Below are positions 1-10,371 of a stretch of 64,000 nt of DNA, piece after piece. Both the position numbers and the translations under genes were made by a program. Each line of letters begins with the position of its first letter. Positions within the stretch are counted from its first letter, which is position 1. The DNA is from Gemmatimonas sp. (GTDB taxonomy: Bacteria > Gemmatimonadota > Gemmatimonadetes > Gemmatimonadales > Gemmatimonadaceae), in the NCBI GenBank assembly GCA_965279375.1, contig OZ257156.1:1376001-1440000 (forward strand), given 5' to 3'. Below the pieces are notes generated by a model, which was not told the origin of the DNA, made no database searches, and was given only the letters and a program-made list of their open reading frames with translations.

Positions 1-2
1 TG

Positions 3-227
3 CACGTCCACGACGCGCTGCATCGGTCGCTCACGCATGCGAGCTACCACGTGGGCCAGCTCGTGTACCTGGCGCACGCTCACCGCGGCCCGGCGTGGGA
101 GTACCTGAGCATTCCGCCCGGGGGGTCGGCGGCCTACAACGCGGCGCCGTCGAGAGAGACCCCGGGGGCGCACATCGCGACGTTGCGGGACCGCCAGTCC
201 GCGGGCGCTGGCGATCCAGCGGTCTAA
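3..227 (+). CDS. DUF1572/DinB-superfamily protein, C-terminal fragment (5' truncated by window)
   Basis: Frame 3 reads HASYHVGQLVYLAH...WEYLSIPPGGSAAYN. Its TAA (225-227) lies inside the R'' box GTCTAAC. Confidence 0.75.
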   Translation, partial: HVHDALHRSLTHASYHVGQLVYLAHAHRGPAWEYLSIPPGGSAAYNAAPSRETPGAHIATLRDRQSAGAGDPAV

Positions 228-331
228 CCTTGCGTTGCTCTTGACGGGTTGCGAAGGATGGCAGCCTGTTCGCTGGCGCTCACTGGCCGCAGGCTATTGC
301 AGGGCCCTGCAAACGTACGCCATGGTTAGGC
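222..331 (+). repeat. attC-like site 1 (intact core boxes)
   Basis: GTCTAAC CTTGC GTTGC ... GGGCCCTGC ... GTTAGGC, 110 bp. Confidence 0.88.
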
Positions 332-343
332 GACAGCACCACG

Positions 344-1633
344 ATGCGATGTCCTAGGATCACCTTCTTCTGCGCCCTATCCATGTGTCAACTGCGTTCG
401 CCGCGCCGTTGGGCGTGCCTCGTGAGTGCGTGGGTGGTGGGTACGATCGCCGGCGCCGGCGCGCTGTCGGCCCAAGCGCCCGCGTTTCGGCTTCCAACGC
501 CGACGGGACGCGACGCGATCGGCACAACCCGGTTCGTCCTCGACGCCGCTCGTCCGCGCCCGCTGGTGGTGACCGCGTGGTACCCGGCGCGCCGACTCGC
601 GAAGACCACCCCGCTTGCGCCGTATCTACGCGAGGAAGCCGCCCTGCGGACGATGGCGGCATGGGGCCAGAATCCCGGCCCAATGCTCCTGCGCAACGCC
701 ACTGTTGTCACGCACAGCCACGTTGACGCGCCCGTGGCGCGCAATGCCCTGCCGGTGGTGGTCTTCTCGCACGGCTATCTGGACCAGCCGAGCAGCTACA
801 CGGCGTTGATGGAGGAACTCGCCAGTCACGGCTACGCTGTGTTCAGCGTGGCGCATACGGGTGAGACGATGGCGGTCACCCTGCCCGGCGGTCGCGTGTC
901 GTCGATCTTTCAGGAAACGGGTGGGCTCCAACCAGTGCCTGCCGCGGTGTCGGTGGAATGGCGTGCCGAGGATTCCGTCGCCACGGCCATCACGACCGCG
1001 CCGACCGCCGCGACAGCGGAGGCATTGCTCCGCGCATATCTGCGCGGCATCCCGACGGCGACCGCCGCAATGGAGCGCTGGGCGGACGACTTCCGCCGGG
1101 TCGTCGATGCGCTGGGACGTCACAATGCTCCCCGGTCGGGCTCCCCGTTCGCGCAGCGCCTCGACCTCGCGCAGGTGGCGGCGGTGGGGCACTCGATGGG
1201 AGGCGTGGCGAGCGCAACGTTCTGCGCCCGAGACGATCGGTGCCGCGCGGCCATCAACCTCGACGGCTCGCCGCAGTACGGGGATCTGATCGATCGTCCG
1301 TCGCGGACCCCGTTGCTCATGGTGTACGGGTCGCGCGCGGGCCGCATTGGCGTCAGTGACGTCGCGTATGACCGAGGCGCGGAATACTGGCGCGCCGTGA
1401 TTGACGGGGCGCTCCATCTGAACTTTGGAGACTGGATGTACTGGCCGGCCGACTCGCCCGTTGCCGCTTCGTTGGGCGCCCTAAGTGCCGAGGCGTGCAC
1501 CACCGTGGTCCATCGCGTCGTGCGCGAATTTCTCGATCGCACACTGCGCCGCACGCCCGCGCCCTTGTTCGAGGGGCGCGCATCGCTGCCCGCGTTGACC
1601 CTGACCCAACGCACGGGTGGCCGAGGGCCGTGA
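344..1633 (+). CDS. Secreted alpha/beta hydrolase (PAF-acetylhydrolase/dienelactone-hydrolase-like)
   Basis: PVVVFSHG, ELASHGY, GHSMGG nucleophile elbow, INLDG, HLNFGD. Signal-peptide-like N-terminus. Start codon uncertain. Confidence 0.8.
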   Translation: MRCPRITFFCALSMCQLRSPRRWACLVSAWVVGTIAGAGALSAQAPAFRLPTPTGRDAIGTTRFVLDAARPRPLVVTAWYPARRLAKTTPLAPYLREEAALRTMAAWGQNPGPMLLRNATVVTHSHVDAPVARNALPVVVFSHGYLDQPSSYTALMEELASHGYAVFSVAHTGETMAVTLPGGRVSSIFQETGGLQPVPAAVSVEWRAEDSVATAITTAPTAATAEALLRAYLRGIPTATAAMERWADDFRRVVDALGRHNAPRSGSPFAQRLDLAQVAAVGHSMGGVASATFCARDDRCRAAINLDGSPQYGDLIDRPSRTPLLMVYGSRAGRIGVSDVAYDRGAEYWRAVIDGALHLNFGDWMYWPADSPVAASLGALSAEACTTVVHRVVREFLDRTLRRTPAPLFEGRASLPALTLTQRTGGRGP

Positions 1634-1674
1634 GGAGACGCCGGTTCGCCCCGCGCAGCGTCCTCGCGCACTTT

Positions 1675-1785
1675 CCCTAACCTTGCGTTGCGGTAGATTG
1701 GGTTCTCAAGGACTGCCGCCATTGCTCGCTGCGTCGCTGGCCGCATGCTGTGGAAGGGCCGCGCTACGGAACGCGAACGTGAGGT
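1675..1785 (+). repeat. attC-like site 2 (R' = GTGAGGT)
   Basis: CCCTAAC CTTGCGTTGC ... GAACGCGAAC GTGAGGT, 111 bp. Confidence 0.85.
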
Positions 1786-1816
1786 CGCACCGACAACCCT
1801 CGAGAGAGCCTCGTCG

Positions 1817-2263
1817 ATGTCTATCGTGAAGGTCGTGCCTGTGGTGCTGCGCCGTCACGGTGACCGAACGGAGGTGCTCGTGTTCGAGCATCCACAAGCG
1901 GGCACGCAGCTCGTGAAGGGCACCGTCGAAGCGGGGGAAACGATCGCCACCGCCGCCACGCGCGAGTTGGCGGAGGAGTCGGGCATCGTCGACGCCGTCG
2001 CCGTGCGCGACCTCGGCGTCTGGCATCGGGGGCCGCCCGGTCAGGTGTGGCACTTCTGCGAAATGGCCACGTCGTCTTTGCCCAATGCCTGGGACCACAT
2101 CACCGACGACGACGGCGGCCATCGCTTCGCATTCTGGTGGCATCCGATCGCTGAGCCAGCGCCGTCGAGCTGTCATCCCCTCTTTGCTGACGCGTTAGCG
2201 TTCCTGCAGCCGCGCGTGGCCACCGATCTGGCGTCGTCGCCGTCGCAGCCGTCGCAGCCGTAG
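1817..2263 (+). CDS. NUDIX hydrolase
   Basis: KGTVEAGETIATAATRELAEESG Nudix box. Start moved to ATG 1817 because the track start lies inside the attC. Confidence 0.88.
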   Translation: MSIVKVVPVVLRRHGDRTEVLVFEHPQAGTQLVKGTVEAGETIATAATRELAEESGIVDAVAVRDLGVWHRGPPGQVWHFCEMATSSLPNAWDHITDDDGGHRFAFWWHPIAEPAPSSCHPLFADALAFLQPRVATDLASSPSQPSQP

Positions 2264-2304
2264 CGCGTACGCACTGAATCGCCTCCGTCTCTCGTGGAGC
2301 CCGC

Positions 2305-2880
2305 GTGGACCAGCCGTCGTTGTACACGTCTCGCTTGATCTTGCGCCCGTTCGGGCGCGCAGACGCTCCTGCCGTGCAGCGGCTGGCGGGCGCCGCGGCG
2401 GTCGCGGAGATGACGCTGAACATTCCGCATCCCTACGCCGACGGAATGGCGGAGGCGTGGATCGCAACACTCGGCGAAGCCTGGCGAGCCGGGACCGCGG
2501 TGACGTTTGCGATCACGACCGCGACGGACGGGCTGTGCGGCACCATCGCGCTGCGCATCACGCGCGAGCACGACCGCGGGGAACTCGGCTACTGGATCGG
2601 CCAGCCGTTCTGGGGCCGAGGCTATGCGACGGAGGCGGTTACCGCGGTGCTCGCGTTCGCGTTCGAGACGCTCGCGCTCCATCGCGTCCAAGCCTCGCAT
2701 CTGCCGCGCAATCCGGCGTCAGGGCGCGTGATGCAGAAGGCGGGCATGCAGCGCGAGGGGCTCCATCGGGGACGCTATCGGAAGGAGGCGGCGTACGAGG
2801 ATGTGGAGGAGTACGCGATCCTGCGGTCCGATTGGGACGCGCGCGTTGACCAGCACGCCCGTTCGGGCGGTGCGACCTAA
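2305..2880 (+). CDS. GNAT N-acetyltransferase, RimJ/RimL type
   Basis: ELGYWIGQPFWGRGYATEA and NPASGRVMQKAGM motifs. Stop TAA inside ACCTAAC. Confidence 0.9.
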   Translation: MDQPSLYTSRLILRPFGRADAPAVQRLAGAAAVAEMTLNIPHPYADGMAEAWIATLGEAWRAGTAVTFAITTATDGLCGTIALRITREHDRGELGYWIGQPFWGRGYATEAVTAVLAFAFETLALHRVQASHLPRNPASGRVMQKAGMQREGLHRGRYRKEAAYEDVEEYAILRSDWDARVDQHARSGGAT

Positions 2881-2986
2881 CCTTGCGTTGCCTCTGGCAG
2901 GGCTTCCACGGACTGCCGCCATGACTCGCTCCCCTCGCTGGTCGCAACTTGCTGAAGGGCCCTGGAGCACAACGCGAACGTTCGGC
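2875..2986 (+). repeat. attC-like site 3 (R' = GTTCGGC)
   Basis: ACCTAAC CTTGCGTTGC ... GAAGGGCCCTG ... AACGCGAAC GTTCGGC, 112 bp. Confidence 0.85.
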
Positions 2987-3350
2987 AGCGGCGGCCCTCG
3001 AGGAGTGCCGACTGTGAGAGCCGCAGTGCGAGCGTACGCGTCGGTGTCTCCAGTACATCACGCGCCGCATCCGCGATCACTCAGGGAACTTGACGGAGTG
3101 TATCGCGCGAATGGCGCGCTCTCCCTGTGGTCGTTCGTCGACGGGGGATGTCAGGTCGAGACAACGCGGTGGTGAAGTGCTGCCTCGACGGCTTCCCGGT
3201 TCAGCGCGTCGTCTCAGCGTAGAACCACGCGCTCGGCGAGTGTGGGGAGAGCGCGGCCCTGCGCGATACGCTCGGTCTCTTCGAACGCGCTAACTTCGAG
3301 CGGCATCCCCAACCCCTCGCGCTCCCGAGCCACAGCCCCGCGCTAACGCC

Positions 3351-5317
3351 ATGTACCCAAGGCTGATTCTTGCAACTCTGTTCGCGGCCGTTGCCGTCTC
3401 CGAGGCGCACGCGCAGGTTGCGCGCTTCACCGCGAAGCCGAGCGTGGTGGATGCGGGCGGCTACTACGCCATCCAATACACGTTCACCGCGGGTGCGGGT
3501 GGCTTCGCGCCGGGCGGCGGCGTCCGCATCGAGATCCCGGTTGCGTACGCGGAGACAGAGTCGTTGCTCTGGAGCGCACCGCAGACGATGACAGCGACGG
3601 CGCCGGGCTATGTCACCGCCAGTGCGTCGAACAGCGCACGCGTTCGCGTGCAGATCGCCGGACTGCTACGCGGGATCATCGAGGCGAACTTCGAAGACGC
3701 GATCCCCGCTGGCACCACGGTGTCGATCCGCTATCAGGGGCAGGTGCAGGGGATCGCCGGTGAGATCGATGCGCGCTATCAGTCACGCGCGACTGCACGT
3801 CAACCATGGGCGACGCCGGCACGCGTTCCGCGCATGACGGTGCGCCCGGCGCGCGCCGAACTAGTCTCCGTCAGCTATCCGTCGGACATCGTGCGCGGCG
3901 CCCCGTTCGCGTTGACGGTCGTCGCGCTGGACCGGTACGGCAACGTCGCCACGCACTTCACGGGTAGTCTACAGCTGCAATCGACGGACACGGCGGCTGC
4001 AATTCCGCGATCGGTCACCTTCCGTGCAGCCGATCACGGCCGAGTCGTCATTCCCGATGCAGTCTTTCGTAGCAACGGCTTCCAGAAGGTCACGGCAACC
4101 GCACGCAACACGATCGCCACCGCGTTCAAGTACGCGATGGTCGGTGAGAGCGCACCGGCGATGCTGCACCTGTTCGGTGACACGCACTTTCACACCGGTA
4201 CGGGAGCACAGAGTCGCGGATTCTTCACGAACGCGACAGGAACTGACGTCAACACGACTGGCACGAGCAACTTCAAGGCGCTCAATCTTGCCGGCGACCA
4301 TCGCGCGAACTTCACGCGCGCTGCGGACGCATACACCTACGCTCGCGATCTCATGCATCTCGACTTCGCCAGCACGGCGGAGCACTCGGCGCCGATCCTC
4401 ACGCCAGCCGCCTGGAGCGGGTCGCAGGATGCGTCCGATGCGTTCGATGTGCCCGGTCTATTCACGACGTTCTATGGCTTTGAATGGACGCCGGACCTGA
4501 ATCACTACGTCGTGCTGTACAAGAACCGATCCGGGCAGCCGATCGGGAATGACAGCCTCCGGGACTTTCCGTCGCTGGCGCGTGCGTTGGAGGCACAGGG
4601 CGTTCCCGTGCTCGCGATTCCGCACGTGTCATGGCCATTCAGCGATCACAACATCTGGCAGGACACGGCGGGTCGTGCATTCCGTCGCGTCGGCGAGATG
4701 TATTCGCTTTGGAACAGCCGACATCTCGTTCAACCCGACGATGATCCACAGCTTTTTGAGTTGGGGGCCGCGAATCGTGGTCCTACCAGCACGCATGGAT
4801 GCGTGGCCTCCGCCTCGGCGTGATCGCTGCAAGCGACAATCACCTCGGTCATCCGGGTGCGAACAATTCGTCCGTGTACGTACGCCACTCGGGTGGACTC
4901 GCCGGCGTGTTGGCCCGCGGCAATGACCGTGAGCAAGTCTGGCGGAGCATGAGTGGGCGCATGACGTACGCGACCACGGGCACGCAGATCTACCTGGATT
5001 TCGCGAGCGACGGGCACGTGATGGGGAGCGAATATGAATCCACAATGCCGCCGCGGCTCACCGGACGCATCGCCGGTACGAATCGACTCGCGTCGGTGGA
5101 AGTCGTGCGTCTCGCTGCAGGGCGCTACGAAACGATCTTCAGCGCAAGCCCGGATCGAGAGACGTTCGCCTTCGATTTCGTGGACACGAGCGTTGTCGGA
5201 CCTGTGATGTACTATCTGCGCGTGAAGCAGGTCGAGGAATACCCGGGTCGATTGTATTCTCACTCCACCGCCGAGATGGCGTGGTCAAGTCCAATCTGGA
5301 TCGACATTCCCAGGTAG
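3351..5317 (+). pseudogene. DUF3604-like (PHP-type metal-binding) secreted protein, split by a 1-nt frameshift at ~4760-4778
   Basis: The first ORF has a signal peptide, GDTHFHT, EHS and GFEWT. The second frame continues WSYQHAW..LGVIAASDNHLGHPG..GGLAGVLA..YATTG..AWSSPIW. Pseudogene or assembly error. Confidence 0.7.
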
Positions 5318-5335
5318 CACGGTCCGCCTGTCCCC

Positions 5336-5445
5336 GCCTAACCTTGCGTTGCGCTTGGCAGGGCTTTCACGGATTGCTCCCGGTTCGCTGCACTCATTGG
5401 TCGCATCCTATTGCAGGGACCAGCTGCAGGATCCAATCGTCAGGC
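5336..5445 (+). repeat. attC-like site 4 (R' = GTCAGGC)
   Basis: GCCTAAC CTTGCGTTGC ... CGCATCCTATTGCAGGG ... GTCAGGC, 110 bp. Confidence 0.82.
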
Positions 5446-5665
5446 GTCGTCATCGAAGACGTGGCGTGACGGGAACTCCGCGGTCGCCCGTCCCCGGATC
5501 GAGCCCGTCGGTGCGCGGGCGATCGACCGTGCCGGCCGAGACGGACCACTGGTCGTGGTGGGGTCGTCCGGGCCGGGAGGCCCGGGAATCCCCGACCCGC
5601 GGCGCGTCAGCATCGACGATCGTCTGCTCGTTGCCAGCGTCGTGTCGTCTTCCACCGCGTTCGTG

Positions 5666-6121
5666 ATGACCGCTCGGGATGCCTTTCGTCAGTGGTCGTG
5701 GTTCCGCCGCCCGTGGCGGCTCGAGATCATCGTGCTCTTCGCAGTGCTCTGGCAGGAAGCGCTGCGGCTGGAATGGCGCACCGCGCATCGGGTGCTGCCG
5801 CTCTCCCCACGCCTGACGGCGCTGTACTACTACCAAGCCGGCGACTTCGTGAATGGGTACCTGAACGCCTTTCTCATCGACGGAGTCACCGCGGTCGTGC
5901 GCCAGTCCCGGGCCGGGCGTGCGTCGCTGACGCGTGCGGCGTTCGTCCGACAGGCGCTGGTCGCGAGCGGACTGTCAATCGCGAGCATCGTGGTGATCGA
6001 ACTCGGGCAATCCGCGCTCAATCATCCGGATGTCGCCGACATCCCCGCGGGGGTGGTGGGCGCGCTGCTGTACCTGCTGGTCCGCGTGGCTGCGCTGCGG
6101 GCGGCGCGGCCGGACGCGTAA
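5666..6121 (+). CDS. Hypothetical membrane protein
   Basis: Hydrophobic segments and C-terminal DVADIPAGVVGALLY. Start chosen downstream of the attC and is uncertain. Confidence 0.6.
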   Translation: MTARDAFRQWSWFRRPWRLEIIVLFAVLWQEALRLEWRTAHRVLPLSPRLTALYYYQAGDFVNGYLNAFLIDGVTAVVRQSRAGRASLTRAAFVRQALVASGLSIASIVVIELGQSALNHPDVADIPAGVVGALLYLLVRVAALRAARPDA

Positions 6122-6147
6122 TGGGCGGGCGCGGGTGTAAGGATGAC

Positions 6148-6260
6148 GCCTAACCTCGCGTTGCGGTAGACAGGGCCTGTCCGGAGTGCGGCCTATTGCT
6201 CGCTGCGTTCGCTGGCCGCATCCTTTGACAGGGCCCTGCCATAGAACGCGAGCGCTGGCG
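6148..6260 (+). repeat. attC-like site 5 (degenerate R' GCTGGCG)
   Basis: GCCTAAC CTCGCGTTGC ... internal TGCGGCC/GGCCGCA hairpin ... GGGCCCTGCC ATAGAACGCG. Confidence 0.82.
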
Positions 6261-6296
6261 AGGGCGCGGCCGCCGAATCCTGTTCCGCATTCGTCG

Positions 6297-6785
6297 ATGA
6301 GCACACCCGAGATCAAGGCAGAAGCCGAGCGGCTACTAACAATCTTGTCGGAGTCGCCACAGCTGATCGCGCGCCTCGCGCACGGATGCGACGACGACCA
6401 GCTGCACCGGACGCCCGCACCGGACGCGTGGTCTGCACGCGACATTCTTGCGCACCTGCGCGCGTGCGCCGTGGTCTGGGGGCGCAGCATAGACCGGATG
6501 CTCGCGGAGGACCATCCTACGCTGCGATACGTCTCGCCCCGGAGTTGGATCAAGCGCACGGACTTCCTCGCGCAGGACTTTCAGCACTCGTTACGGGCGT
6601 TCGCCGCGGAACGAACCGTACTCCTCGGGACGCTGCGTGCCATCGACGCGCACGACTGGATCCGCGGCGCGACGTTCACTGGCACGACCGCCGGAAGGGA
6701 GGCGACGGTGCTCACTCTCGCTCGACGCATCGCCGATCACGAGGTGGGCCATTGGGAACAGCTTCGGCGAACGCTCGGGAGATGA
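6297..6785 (+). CDS. DinB-family protein
   Basis: WSARDILAHL and IADHEVGHWEQL His motifs. Confidence 0.85.
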   Translation: MSTPEIKAEAERLLTILSESPQLIARLAHGCDDDQLHRTPAPDAWSARDILAHLRACAVVWGRSIDRMLAEDHPTLRYVSPRSWIKRTDFLAQDFQHSLRAFAAERTVLLGTLRAIDAHDWIRGATFTGTTAGREATVLTLARRIADHEVGHWEQLRRTLGR

Positions 6786-6988
6786 CATCCGCCGCACGGG
6801 TGGACCGGTCGACGATCCGCTGTTCAGTGCGGAGAACGCCCTTCCCATTCGAAGCGCCTGTGTGAACCCTGCCGTCTCGTCAACCCTCGATACGTCGACA
6901 GGATCCTGACCGTCCTCACGTGGGTCATCCGCCGCGAGGCCGCGTCCGCGTGACGGCGGGAGCGCGGCCCACTACATCGAGAGGCGCT

Positions 6989-7100
6989 GACTAACCTTGC
7001 GTTGCGGTAGTCACGGATTCCAAGGACTGTCGCCATTGCTCGCTGCGCTCGATGGCCGCATCCTATGACCGGGCCCTGCCGCCGAACGCGAACGTTGTCC
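6989..7100 (+). repeat. attC-like site 6 (R' = GTTGTCC)
   Basis: GACTAAC CTTGCGTTGC ... GGGCCCTGCCGCCGAACGCGAAC GTTGTCC, 112 bp. Confidence 0.83.
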
Positions 7101-7449
7101 AGCAAGTCCATGGCATCTGCATGCCATCGTCACGTCCTCATCGGTGGGCAGTTGCACAGCAGTCTGCCGTGCACTTCCCAACAGCCGACGAGCGAATTGG
7201 CTCGCGACGCGTGCGGGCGATCTCCCGTGCGGTGTGGAGGAATCGTCCCGTCGTCGGGCGCTCCTGCGTCGGGAGTGTCCATGTGCGTTTGCGATCCGGT
7301 GCTGCTCGCGCACACCGGCGCGCAGGAGTGTTTGCGCCCACGGCCCAGCTGCAGCGTAATTTGAGGCGCCGATTCCTGATCGCCGCCCACGCCTGCGGAA
7401 GCGCGGGAGGAGGTGCGTCGCTGGCTGACCAATCGCTTCGGAGCAGCGT

Positions 7450-7971
7450 ATGGATCCCAATGCCGTCTCCGCTGCCGCGGCCGTCGCGGCCGCGCTCTTC
7501 GCCTTCGGGGCGTTCTTCGTCGCCCAGGTGCAGCTCAAGTCCGGGTGGCGTGCGGCACGGGGGGAGGCCACTAGCAGACAAATCGCCGAGCTGGATCGCG
7601 TGAGAGCGAGTCGCCACGTGGTGTACGCGCTCGGCGACGACTACACGCAGTGGACTGAGTTTGAGTTGCAACATGTCGAGAGCGTGATTCGCGCGTTTGA
7701 CATCTACGGTTTCATGGATCAGCAGCAGTACGTGCCGAGACGGCTCTTGCAGGCGATCTTTGCCACCCCCACGGTGAAACTCTGGGAGAAATGCGCGGGG
7801 TACGTGCATCACCAGCGGACGTTGCGAGGCGAACCCGGGCACATGTGGGAGTTCGAGCAGCTTGCGCGCCGCGCGGCGGTCTTGCTGAGCGAGCATCCTG
7901 CTCGGTCAGGTGGACGTACCTTTCCTCCCAAACCGGATGATCCCCATCCACTGATCGACGCGAGCGTCTAG
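7450..7971 (+). CDS. Hypothetical protein with N-terminal TM helix, DUF4760-like
   Basis: GGAG RBS upstream. TM helix followed by the VIRAFD..G....W....YV...R.....WEFEQLA pattern. Confidence 0.6.
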   Translation: MDPNAVSAAAAVAAALFAFGAFFVAQVQLKSGWRAARGEATSRQIAELDRVRASRHVVYALGDDYTQWTEFELQHVESVIRAFDIYGFMDQQQYVPRRLLQAIFATPTVKLWEKCAGYVHHQRTLRGEPGHMWEFEQLARRAAVLLSEHPARSGGRTFPPKPDDPHPLIDASV

Positions 7972-7994
7972 CGGCAGTTTCGCCGGCGCTCGCG

Positions 7995-8104
7995 GCCTAA
8001 CCTTGCGTTGCGGAAAGCATGGTCATCGCGGAGTGCAGGCTTGCTCTCTCCGGTCGCTGCCTGCAATCCATTTGAGGGCTCGCGAGCGAACGCGCCCGTT
8101 AGGT
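7995..8104 (+). repeat. attC-like site 7 (intact core boxes)
   Basis: GCCTAAC CTTGCGTTGC ... GAGCGAACGCGCCC GTTAGGT, 110 bp. Confidence 0.88.
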
Positions 8105-8345
8105 GGCAGCATTCAGGAGAGTGAGGGAGGGGTTGCGACAGGCGACAGTATCGCGCGTCCAACAACGGATCCCGCGGGCGGCGACCCGCCGTCCGCGAGT
8201 CCGGAGGCGGCGAGGCGGCTGCGTCCCGGGCTTGCTTGACACGCTCTGGCGCGGCATCCTCTGCGATCGTCACGATGGCCCCACTCGCGGCTGGTGGCTG
8301 CCTCATCTCCCCGCGGGCTACCCCACCCTGGACCCAACGCCGATC

Positions 8346-8771
8346 ATGCGCTTCCCGCCGTTGACGCTCGTCGCCGCAGTCACCGCCGTCGCGCTGTCGC
8401 CGTCGGTGTCCCGCCTCGCGCAAGCGCCGCGACCCCACGTGGTCAGCGTCGATTTCGTGAAGGCGCGGCCCGGTGAGCGGAGCCGCCTCATCCGGTACTA
8501 CCAGTTGAACTGGACGCGGGCGCGAGTCACGGTGCTCGCCCGCGGCGAGATCGTGGACTTTCGCATGTTGGTAAGGGCCGATACGGGTACGAGATGGGAC
8601 GTCGCACTCGAGACCACCTACGCGGACTCCAGCGCGTATGCGCGCGCGGAAGCGATCTTTCAACCCGTGCTCGCGGCGCAGGGCGTCACGCTCGTGGACG
8701 GCAAGCGTCGGGCGGACATCGCGGATATCGTGGAGTCCCGGATCGTGACGGTGGCCCCGCGCGCGCCGTAG
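8346..8771 (+). CDS. Secreted hypothetical protein (possible NIPSNAP-like alpha/beta barrel)
   Basis: Signal peptide MRFPPLTLVAAVTAVALS, then a VDFVKARPG...WDVALETTYAD pattern. Confidence 0.6.
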   Translation: MRFPPLTLVAAVTAVALSPSVSRLAQAPRPHVVSVDFVKARPGERSRLIRYYQLNWTRARVTVLARGEIVDFRMLVRADTGTRWDVALETTYADSSAYARAEAIFQPVLAAQGVTLVDGKRRADIADIVESRIVTVAPRAP

Positions 8772-8844
8772 GGCGTCCGATGGCACGTCGTCGCGCGGAT
8801 GCACGAGGTAGAGCCGGGACGGGCCCGCTGCCCGCAGGGCGATC

Positions 8845-8955
8845 GCCTAACCTCGCGTTGCTGCTGACGGCGGCATCACGGACTGCCGCCCTGGCTCCCT
8901 CCGGTCGCAGCCTGCCACCTATTCAGGGCCCTGCGAGCGAACGCCACCGTTAGAC
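8845..8955 (+). repeat. attC-like site 8 (intact core boxes)
   Basis: GCCTAAC CTCGC GTTGCTGCTGACG ... GGGCCCTGCGAGCGAACGCCACC GTTAGAC, 111 bp. Confidence 0.9.
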
Positions 8956-9153
8956 GGCACAGGACGCCGCTGCGCAGGCTCGAGCGAGTTCATCGAAGCG
9001 GCGGTCCCGAACAAGCGAACAGAAGCTGACGCGCTGCGGACGCAGAGGGCACCTCGTGTCGCGAGGTACTCGACGCGAACCGTCGTCCACCGCTTTCGCC
9101 GCACACACCACGCGTGTTCGTGGCGCCCTGATAGTGGCCGACGGCGCCGAGAT

Positions 9154-9756
9154 CTATCGCGTCACCAGAACGCTGCGCTCGATCGCGCGACACGCACTCG
9201 AGAAGTCAGTGTCCGGGAGGTGCAAGAGCGCGCTCATGCCCCACAGACTGGCCACGATGGCGAGGCTGAGGGCACGAGGCTCTACATCGCTTCGGAAGAC
9301 GCCAGCGTCTATGCCCGCACTCAGCACGCGTTCAACGGAACCTGTCCAGTGCTGGTGCAGCGGAGCGATGAGTCGGGCGACTTCTTCGTCCCGTTGCGCG
9401 CGCAGCGTGAGTTCGAGCGTAGCGCTCAAGATATCGGGGAACTCCGCGCGATAAAACGCCGCATCCGCGAACTCCTGCCGCAACAGGCGGAGCGAATCCG
9501 GTACGTCCGGTTCGCGAGGCAGCGTCGGGGCTCGGTGCGCGCCGTAAAAGCGAGCGAGGTGCGATGCAACGCCCTCGACGAGGTCTTGCTTGGAAGCGAA
9601 GTAGTGGTGAAGGGTCGCGCTGTTGATGCCGACTCGGGTTGCGACGTCCCGAATTCGCAGTCCTTCGAATCCCTTCTCCGCGAGCAACTGCAAGGCGCAG
9701 TCGAGTACCTGCTGTCGACGCTCATCTGCCGGTAGGCGCGTTGCACGGGTGGCCAC
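9154..9756 (-). CDS. TetR/AcrR-family transcriptional regulator
   Basis: RRQQVLDCALQLLAEKGF..IRDVATRVGINSATLHHYFASKQDL HTH. Confidence 0.92.
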   Translation of the reverse strand: MATRATRLPADERRQQVLDCALQLLAEKGFEGLRIRDVATRVGINSATLHHYFASKQDLVEGVASHLARFYGAHRAPTLPREPDVPDSLRLLRQEFADAAFYRAEFPDILSATLELTLRAQRDEEVARLIAPLHQHWTGSVERVLSAGIDAGVFRSDVEPRALSLAIVASLWGMSALLHLPDTDFSSACRAIERSVLVTR

Positions 9757-9765
9757 TAGGCCATC

Positions 9766-10125
9766 CTAGGATGTGGCGTACAGTCGTACGTCGTTTCCAT
9801 CAGGATCGGAGATGGTGCTGATACGCGGGCCACCGCCCAGCTCGATTGGACGGTGCAGCGGTCGAATGCCGCGTCCCTCAAGGTCCGCAAGAAATGCATC
9901 CAAGTCGTGAACCTGAAACGACGGAGTGATGCACTGCGCTCTGCCCGCGATGCCTTTGAGAATGGCGAAATGTATGCCCGCAACGTCGCACTCATAGTGT
10001 TGCGGTAACTCACCGTGCTGGCTGAGCACATACGGGATTCCAAGAACCTCTCGGTAGAACGCTGCCGCTCGATCTGGATCAGGAGACGTCATGATGATAC
10101 CGGTCAACTGGGCCGCTACGGTCAC
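9766..10125 (-). CDS. VOC/glyoxalase-family protein
   Basis: DPDRAAAFYREVLG, FQVHDLDA and DPDGN motifs. Confidence 0.88.
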   Translation of the reverse strand: MTVAAQLTGIIMTSPDPDRAAAFYREVLGIPYVLSQHGELPQHYECDVAGIHFAILKGIAGRAQCITPSFQVHDLDAFLADLEGRGIRPLHRPIELGGGPRISTISDPDGNDVRLYATS

Positions 10126-10160
10126 GGAAACCTCTTGTTCTGGGGGTTAGGGTGAGAATG

Positions 10161-10184
10161 TATCTATCAAGCAGATGATAGATA
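10161..10184. promoter_or_regulatory. Putative TetR operator
   Basis: Perfect inverted repeat TATCTATCA-N6-TGATAGATA, 36 bp upstream of the VOC-TetR operon. Confidence 0.7.
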
Positions 10185-10371
10185 GAGTCCAAGCCGACCA
10201 CCGTCAAGCCATCGACGGAGAACACCAGTGCAGAAGCTTCGTCCCTTGGACGTCGACGCGGCATCGAAATACCGCGTCGAATTCAGTGCCTACGACTCAA
10301 GCCTCGCGACCGCGTACACGCTCGTCCGGAGGATCATTCGTCGCGCCGCTGGTCCTCTGCGCGTCGAACAC

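Noticed and set aside
2230..2263. Short coding repeats (SQPSQP at the NUDIX end; also SDRA repeats near 40715 and TQSP near 55445)
   Set aside because: Low-complexity terminal or linker slippage with no sign of function.
3175..3295. Possible extra degenerate attC (GGCCCTGCGCGATACGC; CGAACGCGCTAAC)
   Set aside because: Only short right-arm-like words are present, with no left arm in the correct order. Not distinguishable from chance.
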